Assembly (NCBI GenBank): GCA_035560715.1
Contig: DATMYW010000034.1
Coordinates: 16,439 to 80,438, forward strand
Direction: 5' to 3'
Length of the DNA stretch: 64,000 bases
Source: Candidatus Fimivivens sp.
GTDB lineage: Bacteria > Patescibacteriota > Minisyncoccia > Moranbacterales > UBA1568
Shown: one piece after another, positions 37,177 to 47,601 of the stretch
Numbering within the stretch: position 1 is the first letter of the stretch
How the letters are laid out: each line of letters begins with the position of its first letter
Translations under genes and position numbers: made by a program
The notes under the pieces: model-generated
The model's database searches: none
The model's input: only the letters and a program-made list of their open reading frames with translations
What the model was told of the DNA's origin: nothing

Positions 37177-37443
37177 TCATTTCACGGCTTGTTTCCGTAT
37201 GAGAATCCCGGGATCGATGCAGTTCCACTGACAGCCGTCTTTGGCTCCTTTGACCCCGGTCATAATCAACGTGCCGCGACATGACGACAGCATCGTATCG
37301 CAGCGCGCTTTCTGATCCGCGATGTATTGCCAGTTCGGCTCATACCCGAAATATCGCAGACCGAGGACGGTAAGCGTCAGAATTCCGGTAATCCAAATGG
37401 CGAAACGAAGAAGGCTGAACATAGGCGTAACTTCACACATCAT
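37177..37443 (-). CDS. Small Cys-rich membrane protein of about 80-90 aa, coupled to the downstream large membrane protein
   Basis: One TM helix (MFSLLRFAIWITGILTLTVLGL) and six Cys in the tail. Its stop overlaps the start of the 35190-37175 gene. The track ORF extends to 37560, but the hydrophobic N-terminus begins at internal Met residues. Confidence 0.35.
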   Translation of the reverse strand: MMCEVTPMFSLLRFAIWITGILTLTVLGLRYFGYEPNWQYIADQKARCDTMLSSCRGTLIMTGVKGAKDGCQWNCIDPGILIRKQAVK

Positions 37444-37568
37444 ATCACAGAATTGTCCGGTACGGCACCTGATGCCCGCCAGAATTCTTGCATTTTCTCG
37501 TCGGAGTCGTATCATATCTGGGAATGAGCGCGAAAGGACCGCCATTCGTAATACGTACAAGAGTCACT

Positions 37569-38897
37569 ATGCGCGATACGAAAGCCGAATCGAAGGGACA
37601 GTCTCACCCGAAGGAAACCGTAGCCGTCATGGGTCTCGGCTATGTCGGGTTGCCGCTCGCCCTCCTGTCCCGCGAGAGCGGATATGAGGTGATCGGCTTC
37701 GACGTGAACGCGGAACTGGTCGGGAAGATTAATGAGGGTATTTGTCCGATTCCGGACGACGAGAAGGTCGTCAGCAAGTTTACCGAGAACCGATTCCCCG
37801 CGACGACCGATCCGAAGGAACTCTTGAAGGCCGATGTCGTGCTTATCGCCGTGCCGACTCCCGTAGACGAGATGCAGAACCCGGTTTATGACTACGTGGT
37901 CGGGGCGTCCACCCTTTCTGCTGACAATCTCAAGCACGGAGCCTTGGTCGTACTCGAATCGACGGTCAATCCCGGGGCTTGTGAGGAGCTCGTGCGCCCG
38001 ATTTTCGAGAAACGCGGCCATAGGATCGGAACCGACGTAGAGATCGCGCACTCACCGGAACGCATCGACCCCGGGAAGTCCGTTTTCAGCAAGGGGTGGC
38101 ATATCGGAAATACGCCGCGAGTTGTCGGTTCGTTCACCCAGGAGGGGACTCGCCGAGCGCTCGGCTTCTACCGCTCGATCATCGATGCCGAGATCCGTCC
38201 GATGAAGTCTATCCGCGAAGCGGAGGCGGTCAAGATTCTCGAGAATACCTTCCGCGACATCAATATCGCCTTCATCAATGAGATCGCGCAGTGCTTCGAC
38301 ATGCTCGATATCGACGTCCTCGATGTCATCGAAGGTGCGAAGACGAAGCCGTATTCCTTCCTGGCGCATTATCCGTCCTGCGGAGTCGGCGGGCACTGCA
38401 TCCCGGTCGACCCGTACTACCTCATCGAGCAGGCGCAGAAGGCCGGATTCGACCACAAGTTCATGCGACGCGCCCGGGAGGTGAACAACTTCATGCCGGA
38501 ATACACCGTCGAGCGGATGCAGGACGCCCTCAATTCGATCAAGCGACCGATGAAGGGCGAGAAGATCGGCGTGATGGGACTCGCGTACAAGGCGAACGTG
38601 GACGACCTCCGTGAATCGCCCGCGTTCAAGATCATAAAACACCTGAAGCGGCACGAGGCGGACGTGATCACGTTCGATCCGCACATACCCGATAAGAGCG
38701 ATACGAAGACCCTGGAGGAATTCCTTAAGAAGGTCGACCATATCCTGCTCACGGTCAATCACGACGCCTTCACCGAGATCGACCCGGCGCTCTTCCGGGA
38801 ACACGGCATCCAGGTCATCGTCGATGGCAAGAACTGTCTCGACAAGGACGCCGTCAAGGCGGAGGGTATCGTTTACCGAGGCATCGGACGGCAGTAG
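37569..38897 (+). CDS. Nucleotide-sugar dehydrogenase, UDP-ManNAc/UDP-GlcNAc 6-dehydrogenase family (WecC/WbpA-like)
   Basis: The Rossmann N-terminus VAVMGLGYVGLPLA and the catalytic Cys region. The start is taken at MRDTKAESK, Met28 of the track ORF. Confidence 0.85.
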   Translation: MRDTKAESKGQSHPKETVAVMGLGYVGLPLALLSRESGYEVIGFDVNAELVGKINEGICPIPDDEKVVSKFTENRFPATTDPKELLKADVVLIAVPTPVDEMQNPVYDYVVGASTLSADNLKHGALVVLESTVNPGACEELVRPIFEKRGHRIGTDVEIAHSPERIDPGKSVFSKGWHIGNTPRVVGSFTQEGTRRALGFYRSIIDAEIRPMKSIREAEAVKILENTFRDINIAFINEIAQCFDMLDIDVLDVIEGAKTKPYSFLAHYPSCGVGGHCIPVDPYYLIEQAQKAGFDHKFMRRAREVNNFMPEYTVERMQDALNSIKRPMKGEKIGVMGLAYKANVDDLRESPAFKIIKHLKRHEADVITFDPHIPDKSDTKTLEEFLKKVDHILLTVNHDAFTEIDPALFREHGIQVIVDGKNCLDKDAVKAEGIVYRGIGRQ

Positions 38898-38914
38898 ACG
38901 ATGGCATGATTGAG

Positions 38915-38949
38915 ACAAAAACCCCGGGATTTACCCGGGGTTTTTCTTT
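38915..38949 (+). terminator. Rho-independent terminator ACAAAAA, CCCCGGG, an ATTTA loop, CCCGGGG, then TTTTTCTTT
   Basis: A perfect 7-bp GC stem with a U5 tract, 18 nt after the dehydrogenase stop. It lies inside the 5' part of track ORF 38906-39976, which argues for the later start at 39026. Confidence 0.6.
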
Positions 38950-39025
38950 ACGGCTGGAAAAAACTGGTGTACGATACGATTGTGGAAGAAACGGGTGTAA
39001 ACCGCATAAACATCATGCGTACCGT

Positions 39026-39976
39026 ATGAAACTGATCGTAAACATGCCGGCGTTCAACGAAGAGGAGAAGCTCGCGGAGACGATCCGTCGCGTTCCGAGG
39101 ACGTTCAAGGGTATTGACGAAGTATTGGTGCAGATCATCGATGACGGTTCGACCGACGGGACCGTGGATGAGGCGAAGAAGGGCGGAGCGGATATCGTTC
39201 TTTCGCATGACGGCAATCGGGGGCTCGGCGTCATGTTCCGCACGGCGCGCGAGAGCGCGCTCGAGAACGGTGCCGATATCCTCGTGAATATCGATGCTGA
39301 TGGACAGTTCGATCCGTACGATATTCAGAAAATTATCGACCCGATCCTCGCGCATAAGGCGGACATGGTCATCGCGGACCGTTTCTCGAAGAGTACAGCC
39401 GAAAACATACCGTTCATAAAAGACGTTTTAAACCGTCTCGGCGCGTGGGCGGTCGGAAAGGCGCTCGGTAAACCGGTCGTCGATCTGACGTGTGGGTTCC
39501 GCGGCCATAACCGTGAGACGCTTTTGAGACTGAATGATCCGAGTGGCTTCACGTATACTCAGGAGACGATTATCGATGCTATCGGTAAGAATCTCAAGTT
39601 GACATGGATACCAGTGAAAGTTACCTACTTCGCGGGACGCAAGTCACGCGTAGTGAAGACGATCTGGAAGTATGTCTCGAGTTCTACCCGTATCATTATC
39701 CGGGCGTTCCGTGATGTTCGTCCGATGACTTTTTTCGCAAAACCCGGTTTCTATTTGATGGGACTTTCGGTGATCCTGTTCGTTATCTTCGTGGCGCTTT
39801 ATATCCCGGATATGAAGATTACGCCGTATCGGAACTATCTTATCTCGTCACTCGCGTCGTTTTTGATAGGGCTGCAGTTGGTCGTGTTCGGTCTGATTGC
39901 CGACATGGTTCGTGGAACGAAACAGCTCAACGAGGAGATCCTCTACAAGATGCGTAAGGACAAGTACGCGAAATAA
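39026..39976 (+). CDS. GT2 polyprenyl-phosphate sugar transferase with C-terminal TM helices (GtrB/ArnC-like), third copy
   Basis: MKLIVNMPAFNEEEK, then IDDGSTDGT, then DADGQFDP, plus two C-terminal TM helices. Confidence 0.8.
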   Translation: MKLIVNMPAFNEEEKLAETIRRVPRTFKGIDEVLVQIIDDGSTDGTVDEAKKGGADIVLSHDGNRGLGVMFRTARESALENGADILVNIDADGQFDPYDIQKIIDPILAHKADMVIADRFSKSTAENIPFIKDVLNRLGAWAVGKALGKPVVDLTCGFRGHNRETLLRLNDPSGFTYTQETIIDAIGKNLKLTWIPVKVTYFAGRKSRVVKTIWKYVSSSTRIIIRAFRDVRPMTFFAKPGFYLMGLSVILFVIFVALYIPDMKITPYRNYLISSLASFLIGLQLVVFGLIADMVRGTKQLNEEILYKMRKDKYAK

Positions 39977-40038
39977 TGTCTGGTCGTTCGGGCCGAGGGA
40001 CGCCCGTGGCGCCCCTCTTTCCATTTCACTTTAAGGAT

Positions 40039-41139
40039 ATGAAGATCCTCTTCGTTTCGCGGGCCTATCCGCCGATCATGGGCGGGATCGAGCGGCAGAA
40101 CTTCGAACTCGGACGATCACTCGGAAAAATCGCCGACATCACGATCGTCGCGAACACCCGTGGCAAGAAATTCCTGCCTATATTCCTGACGTACGCGATG
40201 ATACGGATCATCTTCGATTTGCCGCGCCACGACGTGCTCCTGTTCGGCGACGGCGTGCAGGCACCGCTCGGGGTCGTGGCGAAGTTTTTCTTTCGGAGTA
40301 AAAAGGTCGTCGCGGTCGTGCACGGATTGGATGTGACCTTTTGTCAGAAGAAATCGCTCATGGGCCGCATCTATCGCGCAGTGAACATCCCGTCGCTGCG
40401 GACGCTCGACCGACTGATCATGGTCGGCCGACATACGATCGACGAGGCGGTCAAGGTGGGCGTCGATCGGAACCGATGCGTTTTCGTACCGAACGGCCTT
40501 TTTCCGGACGAACTTCGTGAGGCTCATACCCGCGTTGAACTCGAGGCCCTGACGGGGATGGACCTCACCGGCAAGAAAGTCATCCTTCGCGTCGGACGCT
40601 TCGTCCCGCACAAAGGGGTCGCATGGTTCATAGATTCGGTCATGCCCTTGTTGCCGTCGGAATTCGTGCTCGTGGCCGCCGGCGGTCGCAACGGGAAGAC
40701 CGTGGGCGACCGCGACGCGTACGCCGATGCCGAAGACGCCATGCTCCGACACGCACTTGAAAATCGCGTGCGGTTATTGCCGAACGTCGCGCAGAACGAC
40801 CTGAAAATACTGTTCAACACGGCCGATGCGTACGTGTCGCCGAATATCGAGGTGCCCGGGTCGATGGAAGGATTCGGCATCAACGCGATTGAGGCGGCCG
40901 CCTGCGGGCGGGTCGTCGTCTGTGCCGATTTTCAGGGGCTCAAGGACGCCATACAAGACGGCGAAAACGGGTTCATGGTGCCACAAGGAGACTCGCAGGC
41001 GTGGGCTGCGAAAATCCGTGCCGCGTTCGCGGACGGATTCGACCGCGCAGCCTTCGGCGAGAAGGCGCGGATCTATACGGCGGCGCATTTCTCGTGGGAC
41101 GGCATCGCGAATCGGTATCTGGAAGTGCTCAGCAAATAA
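40039..41139 (+). CDS. GT4-family glycosyltransferase
   Basis: MKILFVSRAYPPIMGGIE N-terminus with an AAGGAT SD-like sequence 6 nt upstream, and the C-terminal GT4 Glu motifs. Confidence 0.8.
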   Translation: MKILFVSRAYPPIMGGIERQNFELGRSLGKIADITIVANTRGKKFLPIFLTYAMIRIIFDLPRHDVLLFGDGVQAPLGVVAKFFFRSKKVVAVVHGLDVTFCQKKSLMGRIYRAVNIPSLRTLDRLIMVGRHTIDEAVKVGVDRNRCVFVPNGLFPDELREAHTRVELEALTGMDLTGKKVILRVGRFVPHKGVAWFIDSVMPLLPSEFVLVAAGGRNGKTVGDRDAYADAEDAMLRHALENRVRLLPNVAQNDLKILFNTADAYVSPNIEVPGSMEGFGINAIEAAACGRVVVCADFQGLKDAIQDGENGFMVPQGDSQAWAAKIRAAFADGFDRAAFGEKARIYTAAHFSWDGIANRYLEVLSK

Positions 41140-41150
41140 CCGCGCCGCTC

Positions 41151-42062
41151 ATGTTCTGGATCTATCTGGCGCTGATAGCGGCGGCGTTACAGGCGGTCGA
41201 GGCGGCCATCAAGAAAAAGCTCCTTCGAGAAGCCGATACGAACGTCGTCATCGGGACGGTGTCGTTTTTGGGAGCGTCCGTCCTGTTTTTTATCGCGATG
41301 TACGTCCATTCGGGGCAGGTCTGGCATCCCGGTCTCTCGGCGAGGTTCTGGGAGGCGATGTTTTTTTATGCGGGACTCAATATCGCGGCCTCGTGGTACG
41401 GATACAAGGCCCTCGACCTGGCGGAATTTACGTTTCTTGCGCCGTTCATGACCCTGACCAGCCTGACGATGGCCATCCCACCCATATTCTTGTTAGGTGA
41501 ATTCCCAAGCATCGCTTCACTGTCAGGTATCATCCTGGTGATAGCGGGAACGGCCGTCATGACGTTTCGGAGGAAGCGGAAGGACAAGGTGTGCGAAAGT
41601 GAAGACGAACGTCGCCGGAACAACAGGAAAGGACTCATGTATTTGCTCATCACTGCGGGGTGTTTCACGTTCACGCCGACCCTGGGTAAGGTCACGATAC
41701 AGGAAAGCACGCCCCTGTTCGCCTCGTTCGTGGTCTTCATGCTTATCGGGCTCGGATTCATGATCATATCGGTCTGTATCGGGAAGTTCGGGAAACTCCG
41801 TTCGGTGCTGACCGAGAAGGGGTACCGCGTCACGCTGGTCGCGATTTTAGTGACCGCCGTGCTCACGTTCATCGAGAACGCCAGCGCCAACACGGCCATG
41901 ACGATGGCACCGGTCGCGACGGTCATGGCGCTCAAGCGAACCGCACCGCTCTTCTCCTTCATTATCGGCATCACGTACTTCCGCGAACGCAAGGACATCC
42001 TCAAGAAACTTGCCGGTGCCGTCCTCATGGTCGCCGGCGCGATAATTATTTCGATACTGTAA
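41151..42062 (+). CDS. EamA/DMT-superfamily transporter, 10 TM
   Basis: Two repeated 5-TM halves. The start is at MFWIYLALIAA, Met51 of the track ORF. Confidence 0.7.
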   Translation: MFWIYLALIAAALQAVEAAIKKKLLREADTNVVIGTVSFLGASVLFFIAMYVHSGQVWHPGLSARFWEAMFFYAGLNIAASWYGYKALDLAEFTFLAPFMTLTSLTMAIPPIFLLGEFPSIASLSGIILVIAGTAVMTFRRKRKDKVCESEDERRRNNRKGLMYLLITAGCFTFTPTLGKVTIQESTPLFASFVVFMLIGLGFMIISVCIGKFGKLRSVLTEKGYRVTLVAILVTAVLTFIENASANTAMTMAPVATVMALKRTAPLFSFIIGITYFRERKDILKKLAGAVLMVAGAIIISIL

Positions 42063-42297
42063 CCTGAATCGCAATGACTTTTTTCATCGACCTGCTCGGT
42101 GATAATCGCGATTGCACATTTCGAATTCCTGAACGGTTCGAGGTAGTTAGCTCGGGCCGTATATTCTTGGCTGGGGTTGACGGAATTTTAGAATATGTTA
42201 TCATTGCGAGTCTTATTTAAGACAGCGATCTTTAAAAAAAATGTATTTTCTCAACGCCATTTTGGCAAAATCCGGCTTCGTCCAGGAGGGATAGGTC

Positions 42298-43449
42298 ATG
42301 AATCACAGCAAGATATTGGTACTCGGCGTCGGAATGATGGGTCTGAATTATGTCGAGAAGCTGCTTGAGATCGGCATTGATCCGGCCACCATGATCGGTG
42401 TCGATATCGACGAAAGCAAGTTTGATCTCGTACGGAAAAAGGTTCCGCAGGCGGCCGGCATCGAGTTTGTCAAGAACATCCCCGGTCGACCCCTGAAAGA
42501 ATTTGTGAACGTGTTCGAAATTGAGTCAGTGTTCCTGTGCACCAACACGCCCAGTCATCACCGGCTCCTCGTCGAGCTGATGGAACACGGGATCACGAAG
42601 ATCTTCTGCGAAAAGCCGCTGGCACTGAACATGGACGGCGTGCTCGACGTGCAGAAGGCGAAAATGAGGACTGGAGCAAACATCTTTACCGCTTTCTTGA
42701 TGAATTTTTCGCCCGCGTTGATGCATCTGATCGAACGCATGCTTGCGGAAGACCTGGTGCTGATCCAGGGCGAGGCCTCGTGGGGAAAAAACCGATTCTT
42801 TGATCCGAGGCCGACGGCCGGCGATCTGGAAGACGAATCCGTTCATCCGACCGGAGTGTTCCATACCCTGGTGCATGCGGGCCGTCAGGAGATTGATTCC
42901 ATCCACGTGAGTGCCAGGCTCTCCTGGTTCGACTACATCGACAAGGAAGCTCAGGCGAAAGCCAATCTGATTGACCCGTATTTTCCGCTCAAAGTGAATT
43001 CTTCCGCCTTCATCACGGAGTCACTCCGCTACCCGTCGGTCCCGTTCGACGTGCTGCTTCATACAAACAGCTCATACGTAAAGGGTAAGCAGGTGAGACG
43101 AGTCGAATGCACCTTCGCGAAACGTGACAACCCAATCCGTCCGTATCTCGCAACGGAGATGAACTTCGATACGCCCGAAGGCGATACTCTGGAATGCACA
43201 TTGCTGCAGGCGAAGACGGTGGAAGAGAAACTGGCATTCAAGGTGAACAAGCTGGCGATCGAGACGAAGGCGTTCCAGGAATTCGTCAGGACTGGACATG
43301 TCGATCCACGCCTCACCGACTACCTGTCGGCCAGGATGTCCGTGAAAGTCACCAAAGCCATCGTCACGAGCGACTCGCTCAACGGCGCGGTCGTCATGGC
43401 ATACGGAGATGAACAGGACCTGTTGTTTCGGAAAGTCGTCAACGGATGA
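42298..43449 (+). CDS. Gfo/Idh/MocA-family NAD(P)-dependent oxidoreductase, likely sugar-nucleotide oxidoreductase
   Basis: ILVLGVGMMGLNY Rossmann N-terminus and the EKPLALNMDGV block. A strong SD, CAGGAGGG, lies 8 nt upstream of the start, after a 235-nt AT-rich intergenic region. Confidence 0.8.
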   Translation: MNHSKILVLGVGMMGLNYVEKLLEIGIDPATMIGVDIDESKFDLVRKKVPQAAGIEFVKNIPGRPLKEFVNVFEIESVFLCTNTPSHHRLLVELMEHGITKIFCEKPLALNMDGVLDVQKAKMRTGANIFTAFLMNFSPALMHLIERMLAEDLVLIQGEASWGKNRFFDPRPTAGDLEDESVHPTGVFHTLVHAGRQEIDSIHVSARLSWFDYIDKEAQAKANLIDPYFPLKVNSSAFITESLRYPSVPFDVLLHTNSSYVKGKQVRRVECTFAKRDNPIRPYLATEMNFDTPEGDTLECTLLQAKTVEEKLAFKVNKLAIETKAFQEFVRTGHVDPRLTDYLSARMSVKVTKAIVTSDSLNGAVVMAYGDEQDLLFRKVVNG

Positions 43450-43579
43450 ATCCCGATATCGGTACGAAAAACCCCGAGAGGCTGTACGGTCTCTCGGGCT
43501 ATTTATTTATGACTGGAATCAGGAAGGTCGATATTCTGCAAAGGCTTCTTTTTTTGTCCATATACGCTATAATTGAACT

Positions 43580-44785
43580 ATGGTCATAGGCATAGATGCC
43601 TCATTTCTGCGGAAACCCGGGACCGGAATCGGGCAGGTGACGGAACAGGTGCTCCGGGTTTTGGCGTTATTGCCTGAATCGGCTAAACACCAATTCGTGC
43701 TCTACCTCGAAGAATATGCGGATACGTCGTCTTTGCCCGGAAACTTTCGAAAGCACGTTTTTTTGCCAAGTTGGAGGCGGGACGATATCCCGAGACGCTA
43801 CCTGTGGGAGCGGATGCTTGCGACCAAGGCAGTGGAGGATGGTTGTAACGCGTTCATAAGTCTGTCCCAATCAGCGACCGTTTTCCCGTATACCATACCC
43901 AGATCGGAGGGTATACGCCACCTCATGGTCGTGCACGACATCGTTCCCGTCCTGTTTCCGGCGTACCGCAGGAAATTCACGAGCCGGCTTCATCTGGGAG
44001 CGATCATGACCGCGATAGGAAAGGCGGAGCGGATACTGGCGGTTTCGAACACGACGAAACGCGACCTCGAACTCAATCTCGACATTCCCTCGGAGAAGAT
44101 AGCGGTAGCGTACCCGGATTGTTCGAATCGGTTCCGGGAACCGATTCCCGAAAACGACGCGTTCCGGGTTCTCGGAAAATACGATCTCACATCCGGCTAT
44201 ATTTATCATGGCGGGGGACTGGAAATCCGGAAGAACACCGAACGCCTTCTGCAGGCGTATGCCGAAATACTGACGGACCGGAACGGAGATGTGCCGCCGC
44301 TCGTTATTTCCGGAACGATACACGACCGACGCAACCGCATGTCGACGGATGTCGTCGGCATCATTCGAAAGTTGAAAATCCAGGATCATGTGAAGCTTCT
44401 CGGATTCGTTCCCGACGAGGATTTGCCAGCATTGTATAAGGAGGCCCTTTTCTTCGTCTTCCCTTCCCTCTACGAGGGATTCGGCATACCGATCCTGGAG
44501 GCGTTCGCCGAAGGGACCCCGATCTTGGCCGGACGAACCGCGGGCGCCGTCCCCGAAGTTGCCGGACATGCGGCCCTGCTCGTAGAGACGCAGGACATAT
44601 CGGCCATCAGGGTGGGCTTGGAAAGGCTCATAAACGACGCGTCCTTCCGTGATACACTCACGGAACGGGGAACTGAGCGGGTAAAGGACTTTTCCTGGGA
44701 AAAGTTCGCCCAGGCGTTACTCGACGAAACCCTGAAAAATGACGACCAAAACGAGTCCGATCTTTCGGAAACCTCGTCATCTTAG
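43580..44785 (+). CDS. GT4-family glycosyltransferase
   Basis: MVIGIDASFL N-terminus and the C-terminal EGFGIPILEAFAEGTPI motif. Confidence 0.8.
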   Translation: MVIGIDASFLRKPGTGIGQVTEQVLRVLALLPESAKHQFVLYLEEYADTSSLPGNFRKHVFLPSWRRDDIPRRYLWERMLATKAVEDGCNAFISLSQSATVFPYTIPRSEGIRHLMVVHDIVPVLFPAYRRKFTSRLHLGAIMTAIGKAERILAVSNTTKRDLELNLDIPSEKIAVAYPDCSNRFREPIPENDAFRVLGKYDLTSGYIYHGGGLEIRKNTERLLQAYAEILTDRNGDVPPLVISGTIHDRRNRMSTDVVGIIRKLKIQDHVKLLGFVPDEDLPALYKEALFFVFPSLYEGFGIPILEAFAEGTPILAGRTAGAVPEVAGHAALLVETQDISAIRVGLERLINDASFRDTLTERGTERVKDFSWEKFAQALLDETLKNDDQNESDLSETSSS

Positions 44786-44816
44786 CAACGGTTTCCCTAA
44801 TCGCGTCTCTACACAT

Positions 44817-46397
44817 ATGAACATACGCACGTTCGTTCCGACTATTTCGATGTCCCTCATCGCAAAGAGCCTTCTGCTCGCGAGCGGTGTCGTGACCACG
44901 GCGCTTCTTATACTGTCGTACGTCGGAGTATCATCCCTCGGCATGATGGACTTTCTGTTCCTTTTCTTGATGTCCACGTTGGCAGCCGCATATCGACCCG
45001 GTTGGGCATTCCTCCTCCTCGTTTCGGTTTTGCCTCTCGAAATCGTCAATCTTGCTCCAACAGCCATCGGAAGCGCTATCCGCCCGTATCAATTCCTCAT
45101 GATAACGATCTATGCGGGTCTTGCCGTCCGTTTATTCGCTCAGCGCCCGCTCTTAGGGTGGCCGCGACTCCACATCGGCGACCTATTCGTGTTCCTGATT
45201 CCGATCGGAGCCGTCTTCGCCATACCAAACGCCGTGGATCGCAACGTCTCGCTCCATCTTTCGGTGATTCTATTTTCATTCGTCGCGCTCTATTTCCTTT
45301 TTCGCATGTACGTTCGCACTTCGGCGGACGTCGGGAAAATTCTGCCGTTTCTCATCCTCTCCGCCGTTCTTACCTCCGTCTGGTCGATATCGCAGAACCT
45401 GCTCTTCCTATCGGGAAGGGAATCTTTCGAAGTCATGCCCGGAAGGCCGAACGGCCCCTTTGCCGAAGCGGACTGGCTCGGTATGTTTCTCGGTACGGCA
45501 TGTTCGATCCTGATAACGGCGGGATATCTCATAGCGTCACGTTCAACGTCCATCCGTGAGTATTTTCGAATGAAACGTTCCGTATACCTGTTTCTAGGCA
45601 TGACATCGCTCTTTGTCGCGCTGATCGTCACCATGAGCAGAAGCGCATGGCTCGGAACGGCAGTTTCGGTACTCACGGCCTTCCTGCTCATATTCATTTC
45701 CCGAAGGCGCCAGGTCGGATCGATCCTCCTGATGACGATAGCGTCGACCGGAACCCTCGCGCTGCTGTTGGTATTCGCCGTTCCGTTGACCGATTTCGAC
45801 ATATTCGGTCGTGCCGCGAGCATCGGGTCGGGATTACAGTCCATTACGGTATCATGTGAACGAAAGACGGCTTTGCCGGATACCGTCATATCGACGGAAT
45901 CACTCGCCCTCTACGGATGCAGACATATAGACCTCGATGAAGTGGACAGTGAACGGACTGCCGGACGATATGTCACGGAAATCGATCGAAACGACCCGAA
46001 CGTATCCATCCGAAGACGAATTTATGCGCATTCCGTCTCACTCGGATTCGAACATCCCATTCAGGGAATCGGGTGGGGGAGCATCACCGCCTTTCTTGGG
46101 CAGGACGGTCGTGGCGCCGGGTTGAACGCGAGCAACATATTCCTTGAAACGTGGCTCGGAAGCGGCCTCCTCGGCCTCGTCGGGTTGACGGGCTTTCTTA
46201 TTGTTCTCGCATACCGTTCGGTCCGAGATTTCGTCATGTTCAGGGGCGCGTTCTCATTTTTCATGGTATCATCCTTCGCGGGAATCATCACGTTCAACCT
46301 TTTCAATTCCGGAATCCTGCTCGGATTCTTTTGGGCGCTCCTCGGTATTGCCGGATCGTATCTGTTCCATGAATCCGATTTCTCCGAAACGCTATGA
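44817..46397 (+). CDS. O-antigen ligase / polymerase-like membrane protein (Wzy_C domain)
   Basis: About 12 TM segments, with the TMSRSAWLG block typical of Wzy_C. The start is taken at MNIRTF, Met27 of the track ORF, just after the upstream stop. Confidence 0.7.
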   Translation: MNIRTFVPTISMSLIAKSLLLASGVVTTALLILSYVGVSSLGMMDFLFLFLMSTLAAAYRPGWAFLLLVSVLPLEIVNLAPTAIGSAIRPYQFLMITIYAGLAVRLFAQRPLLGWPRLHIGDLFVFLIPIGAVFAIPNAVDRNVSLHLSVILFSFVALYFLFRMYVRTSADVGKILPFLILSAVLTSVWSISQNLLFLSGRESFEVMPGRPNGPFAEADWLGMFLGTACSILITAGYLIASRSTSIREYFRMKRSVYLFLGMTSLFVALIVTMSRSAWLGTAVSVLTAFLLIFISRRRQVGSILLMTIASTGTLALLLVFAVPLTDFDIFGRAASIGSGLQSITVSCERKTALPDTVISTESLALYGCRHIDLDEVDSERTAGRYVTEIDRNDPNVSIRRRIYAHSVSLGFEHPIQGIGWGSITAFLGQDGRGAGLNASNIFLETWLGSGLLGLVGLTGFLIVLAYRSVRDFVMFRGAFSFFMVSSFAGIITFNLFNSGILLGFFWALLGIAGSYLFHESDFSETL

Positions 46398-47551
46398 AAA
46401 CCATCGCGATCGATATCCGTCTCATCGGGAGGGACAGGACCGGTGATGAGGCGGTCTTTCGGAATCTCGTCCGGTCAGTGCTCGAGCTGGACCGGACCGA
46501 CCGATACCTATTGCTGACGGATCGGAGTGACCGGGAGACGATTGAACGTATCCACACCGACCTCGGAAAATCGGGGCGTCTGCGGGAGAATGCGGAGGTC
46601 GTGTATCTTCATTCATCCAACCGGTTCTCATGGAACCTGTTTGCAGTACCTTCGTTCCTTCGGCATCGTCGAATCGATATCTTCCATACGCAATACATTT
46701 TGCCGGCTTTCGTTCCCCGGCGTACGCGGATCGTGACGCATATCCACGACGTGTCGTTCCGCGCGTTTCCGAACCTTATCGGCGCTATCGATCGGCTCTT
46801 TCTTTCAGTATTCATCCCACGGACCATGCGTCGATCCGATGTCATCGTGACCCCGTCGCACTTCACCAAGGATGAGATCGTCAAGTTGTACGAAGTATCC
46901 CCGGAACGCATAGTGGTCGTTCCGAACGCGGTCGACCCGTCTTTTCTGGTCGAACCGTCTTCTCACGAACTTGAACGTGCCCGCTCGGCAAACGGTCTTC
47001 CGGATGCCTTTTTCCTCTCGGTCGGAACTATGCAACCCCGCAAGAACATCCCCCTGCTTATCCGCGCGTTCGCCGATGTCCATACCAGGTTTCCGGAAAT
47101 GAAGTTGGTGCTGGTCGGTGGGCGCGGTGGAAAACGGTACGATCACGATATCGATATCGCCTTATGCGAAATGAACCTGGGAAACGCCGTCATCTTTCCG
47201 GGATATGTCGCCCAAGAGGACATGCCGAGCGTATTCCGTCTCGCACGCGGATTCGTTTTTCCTTCCCGATATGAGGGATTCGGAATACCCATATTGGAAG
47301 CCTTTGCCGCCGGAATTCCGGTCGCCGCCTCCGATATCCCTCCCTTTCGGGAGGTGGGGGGTGAGGCGATAGCCTATTTCGGTCCGACAGACGTTGCCGC
47401 CTGCGCGGAAACATTGTATACTCTTCTCGACGATAACGAAGTCGAAAAAGGACGCGGTCGGGCCGCTAATGAACGACTCGCGCAATATTCCTGGGAGAAG
47501 AGTGCTCAGGCAATGGTTTCGTGCTATCAGTCTTTTTCGGACGAGGCGTAA
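46394..47551 (+). CDS. GT4-family glycosyltransferase
   Basis: The C-terminal YEGFGIPILEAFAAGIPV motif. It overlaps the upstream stop by 4 nt. Confidence 0.85.
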   Translation: MKTIAIDIRLIGRDRTGDEAVFRNLVRSVLELDRTDRYLLLTDRSDRETIERIHTDLGKSGRLRENAEVVYLHSSNRFSWNLFAVPSFLRHRRIDIFHTQYILPAFVPRRTRIVTHIHDVSFRAFPNLIGAIDRLFLSVFIPRTMRRSDVIVTPSHFTKDEIVKLYEVSPERIVVVPNAVDPSFLVEPSSHELERARSANGLPDAFFLSVGTMQPRKNIPLLIRAFADVHTRFPEMKLVLVGGRGGKRYDHDIDIALCEMNLGNAVIFPGYVAQEDMPSVFRLARGFVFPSRYEGFGIPILEAFAAGIPVAASDIPPFREVGGEAIAYFGPTDVAACAETLYTLLDDNEVEKGRGRAANERLAQYSWEKSAQAMVSCYQSFSDEA

Positions 47552-47601
47552 TCCTCTGCGAACTTAATCGGCGACGGCGCAGTCCGTCCAATACAAACGA
47601 T

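Noticed and set aside
38906-39025. The upstream ATG at 38906 as the start of the GT2 gene (track ORF 38906-39976).
   Set aside because: The first 40 codons would read through a perfect CCCCGGG/CCCGGGG-TTTTT terminator hairpin that ends the preceding dehydrogenase gene. The GT2 catalytic domain begins at MKLIVNMPAFNEEEK (39026), the normal N-terminus for this family.
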